From: an uncultured Patescibacteria group bacterium
Lineage (GTDB): Bacteria; Patescibacteriota; Microgenomatia; UBA1400; PJMF01
Direction of reading: 5' to 3'
Length of the DNA: 64,000 bases
Assembly: GCA_905478415.1 (NCBI GenBank)
Contig: CAJQIG010000001.1
Span: forward strand, 245,892-309,891
Positions within the stretch are counted from its first letter, which is position 1; each line of letters opens with the position of its first letter. Positions 58,026 to 64,000 of the stretch are shown here, piece after piece. The position numbers and the translations under genes were made by a program. The notes under the pieces are model-generated. The model was not told the origin of the DNA, searched no databases, and saw only the letters and a program-made list of their open reading frames with translations.

Positions 58026-58517
58026 CTACTTCCTTACTTCACCAAACATTTTGAATGATAATTTTGGATTTGATGCATCATTTGTATCAACAGTTATCTC
58101 TCTGTTAATTGAACCAACTCCACTTGGACCATGAAATAATGGGTCAAAAACAGCCTTAATAATAACAGACTCACCTGGTTGTACTTCATAAACGTACTTT
58201 GATTTAGAATGCATACCGAATTCCGGTGATTCTTTTTCTCCAGAAACAAATCTGGCATTCGTACAACTACATGAAGTTATTAAATTATAAAACTGTAATA
58301 CATCAGAACCCTCATTAATAACCTCATACTCTGCAGTTATTTTTCCATCATTAATTCCAACTTCACCAAAATCATGAAGTGCATTCTGGACAGATGCTTT
58401 TGCATTTGAAGTTGCAACTACCTGCACTTGAGAATCATCAGATAGCGCAAATACAGCTCCCCCAAAAAGTATTACCGTAATAGCAATAATAGAAATTACC
58501 ACAATATTATTTTTCAT
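58026..58517 (-). CDS. DUF1573 protein
   Basis: HDFG, TSCSCT, FGMH, FDPLFHGP. Confidence 0.8.
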   Translation of the reverse strand: MKNNIVVISIIAITVILFGGAVFALSDDSQVQVVATSNAKASVQNALHDFGEVGINDGKITAEYEVINEGSDVLQFYNLITSCSCTNARFVSGEKESPEFGMHSKSKYVYEVQPGESVIIKAVFDPLFHGPSGVGSINREITVDTNDASNPKLSFKMFGEVRK

Positions 58518-58620
58518 ACACTTCCTTTATTACTCATCTTTATATGTTGATTATATTCAATTTTTCGAATATATTACACTTAACTTACAATCATAATAAC
58601 CTAAGTTACATGAAAAGAAG

Positions 58621-59301
58621 ATGAAAATACTATTAGTAGAAGATGACAAGACTCTTTCAAGTACAATTAAAGAAACTTTAGAAAGTCAAACATTTGCTGT
58701 TGATTTGGTTTCAACAATAGATGCTGCACAATTTCAAATAGAAGAGTTCACCAAAGAGTATGATTGTATCGTTCTAGATATCAATCTCCCTGATGGTAAT
58801 GGCTTTGACCTATGTAAAGACATTCGTAATAAAAAAATCACGACACCTATCATCATGATGACAGCCAGGGATACTCTTGAAGAAAAAATTAAAGGACTCA
58901 ACATCGGAGCTGATGATTACATCACTAAACCATTCTCAATTCAGGAATTAATTGCCAGAATAAAATCAATTATAAGAAGAAGTAGTAAAGAACCTTTGCC
59001 AATAATTACAGTCGGAAGACTAGAGGTTAATCCACAGACGATGAGAGTCTTAAATAATAAAAAACCAATCAATTTATCCTCTAGAGAATTTTCAGTTTTA
59101 GAAATCTTAGCAAGACATAGTGATGAAGTTGTTACCAGAAGTATGTTAATGGAACATGTCTGGGGAAGTGACTTTGAATCATTCTCAAACGTAATAGATG
59201 TCTATATAAAAAACCTAAGAAAAAAAATCGATGCTGGTCAACAAAATAAGTTACTACACACAATCAGAGGTAGCGGATATAGCTTATCTAATAAAAGATG
59301 A
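58621..59301 (+). CDS. OmpR family response regulator
   Basis: LLVEDD, LDINLPD, GADDYITKPF, TIRGSGY. Confidence 0.93.
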   Translation: MKILLVEDDKTLSSTIKETLESQTFAVDLVSTIDAAQFQIEEFTKEYDCIVLDINLPDGNGFDLCKDIRNKKITTPIIMMTARDTLEEKIKGLNIGADDYITKPFSIQELIARIKSIIRRSSKEPLPIITVGRLEVNPQTMRVLNNKKPINLSSREFSVLEILARHSDEVVTRSMLMEHVWGSDFESFSNVIDVYIKNLRKKIDAGQQNKLLHTIRGSGYSLSNKR

Positions 59302-60650
59302 TATTTTTTAAAACACTCCGCGGGAAACTAACCATTATATTTTTTGTTTCAACAGTTACTATTACTATTCTAACTTTTTTTCTATTAATCTTTACTACTC
59401 AAAAACTAATTTTTGATCAAGTAAATCATCATCTACATATTGTCATAAACGAAGCTAAGAAAATTGTTGAAGAAAATCATGAAGTTGATAATATCGAACC
59501 ACTAAAAAACTTGGTAAGTGCTCAAGGCATGACTGTTATTTTATTATCAAGTGATGGATCTCCAATCCTACAAACAAATAGTTTTGATGTGGCAGACGTA
59601 ACAGAACATCAAATGCAACAAATTGTATTCTCAAGTACCAATAAAGAAGAACCACAACACTTTAGTGTTAATCAAATGCAGTTTGCTACTGTTCCCGTAA
59701 GTATATACGGTTATCAAGATGGAATATTAGCAGTTGGATTCTCTACAAAGATTATTAACAACACAATAAAAGAAATAACTACTATTATTATTTTTGTACT
59801 TCTACTAAGTATTACTGTCGTCAGTATAGTATGGCAAACAATCATTAAACATTATCTTTTACCTTTAGAAAAGATTTCTCAGTCTGCTTTACAAATTAAA
59901 AAATCATCTGACCTAAATAAAAAAGTTAAAACAAATACCACTACAATTGAACTCAAAAACATCACAGCATCTTTTAATAATTTACTAGAGAAATTAAAAC
60001 AAGTTTTTGAAGAGGAACATCTATTTTTTTCTGATACTGCGCATAGCTTAAAAACACCTCTAGCCGTTATTAGATCATACATTGAAACACTACCCAGACA
60101 ACAAAACAAAAAGAAAAATGAAATTCTAAATTATATAGATTCCTTAAATGAAACAATTCAAGACTTATTAATTATTTCTAAAATTAACACTAGTTATCCG
60201 AAAAACAGTAAGCAAATTAATTTTTCAGAAATAGTTAGTACGATTGCTGAACTAACTCAGACAATAGGGTTAGAAAAAAATATTACGGTTAATCAAGTTA
60301 TTGAAAAAAATATTTTTATTAATGCAGATGAACAGCTGTTAACCAAAGCTATATTAAATGTAATAAAAAATGCTGTTGATCATGAAAGTCAGAATGGCAC
60401 AATTACAATCAGTTTGAATAAAAAAAATAATATTTCGGAGCTTTTAATTAAAGACACTGGTGTAGGGATTAGTAGCAAAGATCTCAAAAGTATCTTTAAT
60501 AGATTTTACCAAAGTAAAAATTCTCAATCAAAAAAGGGTAATGGACTTGGCCTCTCTATATCCAAAGCTATTATTGAAAGATTTGAAGGAAAAATAACTA
60601 TTTCATCTAAAATTAAAAAGGGGACTTCAGTTTTCATCTTCTTTTCATAA
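59298..60650 (+). CDS. Sensor histidine kinase
   Basis: 2 TM, HAMP, AHSLKTPL, DTGVG, GNGLGLSI. Confidence 0.92.
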   Translation: MIFFKTLRGKLTIIFFVSTVTITILTFFLLIFTTQKLIFDQVNHHLHIVINEAKKIVEENHEVDNIEPLKNLVSAQGMTVILLSSDGSPILQTNSFDVADVTEHQMQQIVFSSTNKEEPQHFSVNQMQFATVPVSIYGYQDGILAVGFSTKIINNTIKEITTIIIFVLLLSITVVSIVWQTIIKHYLLPLEKISQSALQIKKSSDLNKKVKTNTTTIELKNITASFNNLLEKLKQVFEEEHLFFSDTAHSLKTPLAVIRSYIETLPRQQNKKKNEILNYIDSLNETIQDLLIISKINTSYPKNSKQINFSEIVSTIAELTQTIGLEKNITVNQVIEKNIFINADEQLLTKAILNVIKNAVDHESQNGTITISLNKKNNISELLIKDTGVGISSKDLKSIFNRFYQSKNSQSKKGNGLGLSISKAIIERFEGKITISSKIKKGTSVFIFFS

Positions 60651-60674
60651 TAGCCTAAGTATACTCACGGCTAT

Positions 60675-61184
60675 ATGCAAGATATTTTAAAAAAACACAA
60701 GTTCTCAATTATAGCAATTTTTCTAACTTTTTCTGTCCTGGTGATGATATTTGCATTCCTTAAAAATAATTTTGGAATTAGAGCTAATGGAAGCTTAAGT
60801 GATAATCAAACATTACAGGATTTGGGAGAAATTCCCATGTCTGAGGGAATTAAAAAAGTTACCTATTCTTACACAAATTATTCTGAAGAAACCTTTCAAT
60901 TAAATAACTTGTACACAACTTGTATGTGTACAAAAGCTAAAATTTCAATTAACGGTACTCAATCTTCTTTTGCAGGTATGAAGGGTCATAGCGCTGGACT
61001 GAAACCAATTAACCCAAATATGACTCTTAAACCTGGGGAAACTGTCACTGTCTTTGCAGAGTTCGATCCAAATGCACATGGACCAGAAGCAACTGGACCA
61101 ATTACAAGATCAATACTTCTAGATACCAATAGTAATGAATTACCACAAATTGAATTTAAATTTTCAGGAGTAGTTACAAAGTAA
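60675..61184 (+). CDS. DUF1573 protein
   Basis: TTCMCT, GMKGH, FDPNAHGP. Confidence 0.8.
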   Translation: MQDILKKHKFSIIAIFLTFSVLVMIFAFLKNNFGIRANGSLSDNQTLQDLGEIPMSEGIKKVTYSYTNYSEETFQLNNLYTTCMCTKAKISINGTQSSFAGMKGHSAGLKPINPNMTLKPGETVTVFAEFDPNAHGPEATGPITRSILLDTNSNELPQIEFKFSGVVTK

Positions 61185-61204
61185 TAAAAGTAATAAAGGG
61201 AAAA

Positions 61205-62140
61205 ATGGTAAGTGATAAAAAACTTTCAAAAATAATCATAGGTTCAGCTTTAATAGTTGTAGCTATTATTGCAATCAACCAAATAGTATTAGTTGATCTG
61301 AATATAGAACCAAGATATAAATTTTACAAGAAAGGTGAAGCGATATCTGTTGTCGAGTCCGGAAGTGAAAAAGTAAATATTGATGCACTTCACGCACAAG
61401 TTGTACCAGCACAAGGAGTAACTCTTCCAATTGAATGGGGTGATTTGGGCAAAAAAATGGTAGATGACGGGGTAATTGATGAAACTAAATTTAGACAATT
61501 ATTTCAAAATGGTTTAAGTAATCAAGAAGAAGAAATACTATCAGGCTGGTGGACAGAACCAATTGTTTTAGACCAAGAAAATAGTAGGTTTTTACTTGAT
61601 GTCCTCTGGGCATTTGGACTAGCAAATAAAAATGAGATTTTAACGAATGGTGAAATGACTGATCCTCAGTATGGAGGCGAAGCAGGTAATTTTGCGGCTA
61701 CTGGTGGTTGGAGCCTATCAACTGGAAAGCCAATGGATCACTACAGTATGCATTCATATGTAACTTTAAATAAAGAACAACAAGATCGTGTTGATTCAGT
61801 ATCTAGAGGAATCTACAGACCATGTTGCGGAAATTCAACACATTTTCCAGACTGTAACCATGGAATGGCAATGCTAGGATTGTTACAATTAATGGCAGCA
61901 AACAACGCTACAGAAAAAGAAATGTATGAAGTTGCTCTCAGAGTAAACTCGTACTGGTTCCCACAAACATATGTTGACCTTGCAACATACTTTAAAGAAC
62001 AAGGAACTGAGTGGAAGGATGTGGATCCGCAACTAGTTCTAGGTAAAGAATATTCAAGTTCAGCAGGATATGCTCAAACTAGATCTCAAATTAAATCTAT
62101 TCCACAAGAAGTAAATGGAGGTGGTGGCTGTGGAGCATAA
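61205..62140 (+). CDS. Exported Cys/His-motif protein
   Basis: TM, YRPCCGNSTHFPDCNHGMAM, C-terminal GGCGA. Confidence 0.7.
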   Translation: MVSDKKLSKIIIGSALIVVAIIAINQIVLVDLNIEPRYKFYKKGEAISVVESGSEKVNIDALHAQVVPAQGVTLPIEWGDLGKKMVDDGVIDETKFRQLFQNGLSNQEEEILSGWWTEPIVLDQENSRFLLDVLWAFGLANKNEILTNGEMTDPQYGGEAGNFAATGGWSLSTGKPMDHYSMHSYVTLNKEQQDRVDSVSRGIYRPCCGNSTHFPDCNHGMAMLGLLQLMAANNATEKEMYEVALRVNSYWFPQTYVDLATYFKEQGTEWKDVDPQLVLGKEYSSSAGYAQTRSQIKSIPQEVNGGGGCGA

Positions 62141-62170
62141 ATAGGTTAAAAATCGCTGAGCGTAATAGTA

Positions 62171-62204
62171 AAAAAACCCCTTGTTTCTAAATAAGGGGTT
62201 TTTT
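62171..62204. terminator. Bidirectional terminator
   Basis: AAAAAACCCCTT-N10-AAGGGGTTTTTT between convergent genes. Confidence 0.75.
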
Positions 62205-63032
62205 ATTTTGCAAAACTTTATACAACAATAATCCCGTCACTGTTCCTGTGATTGTATAGAGACCGGCCAACAGTCTAAACCTTTTTTTTGCATCCACTTG
62301 GGTCTGATCGTCTAAGTGATGTGTGCCTTCATCACTGTGCTGTGCTTGTCTAATAGTTTTCAGTCGACCAAGTGTGGTTTTTGTTGTCGCAGCTGCACTG
62401 ACTCCATCAATAACCGCTTGACCACTTACCCCTCGAACTTTCGGAGCAGGTAGAAATCGCGTAATTGAAGTCGCAAAACGTCCGCCGCGAGTTCCTAAAA
62501 ACTCAAATGCATTCGTACCACTTTCTGGAACAACTACTCCTTGGGACTCTGCCCAAGCTCTCACCAAACTACTCAGTGGATTCGTTAAAGCGGTAAGCGT
62601 GGCAGTTAATAACCACAACTTATCTCCTTGTTCAGCTGCCCGATACATAGCTAACCAAGCTAAAAAAGCTTCTTGTACCCTGTCAGAAAGCGAATCCACC
62701 CACTGTCCAACTCTTGAATCATGAGAAGTATCTCCGTTTTCCCTTTGATATCGAGCTAAAGCCCCATCCAAAGCATCAGTACCCGAGAGTGCAAAAAATG
62801 CTCCAACCAGTGAAAGTGCTGACTTAAAGTCGATGGCACCATCTTTTTCTTGTTGAGATGTATACAGTACTAATGCTCCCACACCAGCTGTTCCTAAGAA
62901 AGTAATCTCATTCGGTGTAAGCCAAGGAAATGCTTTTGAGAGTAACTCAACGATTTTTGTCGTTGGCTTTGCTATCATTTCTCTAACCGCTGAGTTTCGT
63001 GGAGTTTGGATTTCAGTTTCTGGTTTCGCCAT
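62187..63032 (-). CDS. CDP-alcohol phosphatidyltransferase family protein
   Basis: TPNEIT, DALDGALAR...GQWVDSLSDR. Confidence 0.85.
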   Translation of the reverse strand: MAKPETEIQTPRNSAVREMIAKPTTKIVELLSKAFPWLTPNEITFLGTAGVGALVLYTSQQEKDGAIDFKSALSLVGAFFALSGTDALDGALARYQRENGDTSHDSRVGQWVDSLSDRVQEAFLAWLAMYRAAEQGDKLWLLTATLTALTNPLSSLVRAWAESQGVVVPESGTNAFEFLGTRGGRFATSITRFLPAPKVRGVSGQAVIDGVSAAATTKTTLGRLKTIRQAQHSDEGTHHLDDQTQVDAKKRFRLLAGLYTITGTVTGLLLYKVLQNKKPLI

Positions 63033-63277
63033 AAGAGGACTGATTATACCAAGATGCCGTTAAAAAGAAACACTACTGAAATTTCACTACATGCCAAATG
63101 ATACCAATAAAAAAAGATCGATGCATACCCATTAATCCTATAATATTTACAAAAGGCCTTACATAAGCTATAATGAAGGGTGGCTATGTATATACCTGGG
63201 TACGCACTACCCTCTGTATAAAGATAGTACTTCTTTAATAACGTTTTTTCTCACCTACTATCCCACTGGAGGATCCC

Positions 63278-63874
63278 TTGAGAACTTTTATTCTTAGTGT
63301 TATATTATTTGGAACATTCTTGGGTCTGGTAGGTTGTACTCCTCCCCAAGAGCCAGAAGAGCAAGTGCAGGAAGCCCAGGTGGCAGAAATACAAGAAGTC
63401 ACCTATACCCTAAACATGCTCCTCTCATATCATAAGAGGACCTACTACCTACAGCCTGACGACACGCTTTTGACTGTTGCCAATATGATTGCAGAGCATA
63501 CGAGATATGATGAATCAGTAGCTGCTGAAGCTCTGATTCAGTTGAACCCGGGAAACATTGCTTATAATAGCAATGGGTTGGCAAATTTTGCCAACAACAC
63601 TGTTCTTGACCCTATCTGGATTCCGGAAGCTCCCGGGATCCCTAGCAATAGAGAGCTGGGGATTCAAAATCCCCAAGAAATCCCCATGTTTCATAAAGTT
63701 CAGAGTGGTGACACTCTGTATGCTTTGGCTCAACAGTATGGTTTCATTACATACCAAGAGTTTGCAGCAAAAACTGGTATCACTAACCCTGATACATTTA
63801 TCTTGCAACCTGACCAGGTCCTGCATTGGACCATTCAGGAACCAGCAAAGCTCATTGAGTCATCAACAAATTGA
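63278..63874 (+). CDS. LysM-domain lipoprotein
   Basis: LVGC lipobox, HKVQSGDTLYALA. Confidence 0.8.
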   Translation: MRTFILSVILFGTFLGLVGCTPPQEPEEQVQEAQVAEIQEVTYTLNMLLSYHKRTYYLQPDDTLLTVANMIAEHTRYDESVAAEALIQLNPGNIAYNSNGLANFANNTVLDPIWIPEAPGIPSNRELGIQNPQEIPMFHKVQSGDTLYALAQQYGFITYQEFAAKTGITNPDTFILQPDQVLHWTIQEPAKLIESSTN

Positions 63875-63901
63875 AAAATTGTAGAGAAAAAAATCGTTTG
63901 A

Positions 63902-63931
63902 AAAAAGACCGTCAGCAATGATGGTCTTTTT
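63902..63931 (+). terminator. Intrinsic terminator
   Basis: AAAAAGACCGTCA-GCAA-TGATGGTCTTTTT. Confidence 0.75.
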
Positions 63932-64000
63932 CTATAGGTAAACTATTTAAAATAAAATAACCCCACATCATTAAAACTAATGTGTACAACAAAAGGCTAC

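Noticed and set aside
38047-62170. A second delimited mobile element covering the nucleotide operon and copper cluster
   Set aside because: The content looks accessory, but no integrase or right-hand att repeat was found, so boundaries cannot be supported.
1-64000. CRISPR array, rRNA, IS transposase, phage structural genes
   Set aside because: No regularly spaced repeats or corresponding motifs were seen by eye.

Overview
AT-rich bacterial window, most consistent with a Patescibacteria/CPR (Microgenomates-like) genome; this is inferred from gene style, not proven. 1-9.4 kb is host-like: sppA, a ~2070-aa surface protein, an MFS transporter and two msrB. A tRNA-Glu(CTC) at 9456-9527 is the insertion site of a ~28-kb integrative conjugative element (ICE, ~9524-37861). 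The ICE encodes a large serine recombinase, a VirD4-like coupling protein, a replication-relaxation relaxase, a pilin/VirB6/PrgI/VirB4/M23 transfer operon, heavy-metal cargo and an AVAST-like STAND antiviral protein. The crossover core (GTCA) lies inside the recombinase gene. Integrated, the enzyme ends in a tail read from the antisense tRNA. Two diverged 60-bp right-end att arms (36486-36545, 37803-37862) each encode an in-frame, mutually homologous alternative C-terminus, and they bracket a 1.3-kb single-gene cassette. Beyond the element lie a structured tRNA-3'-end repeat element and an uncharacterised five-gene nucleotide-processing operon (NDT-HTH, unknown, NUDIX, NDT, PRTase). These are followed by a ~16-kb copper/redox cluster with CopY boxes and a four-copy response-regulator box. 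The ICE carries a doubly deleted miniature of that same copper cluster. Product calls come from motif recognition only; no database searches were run.
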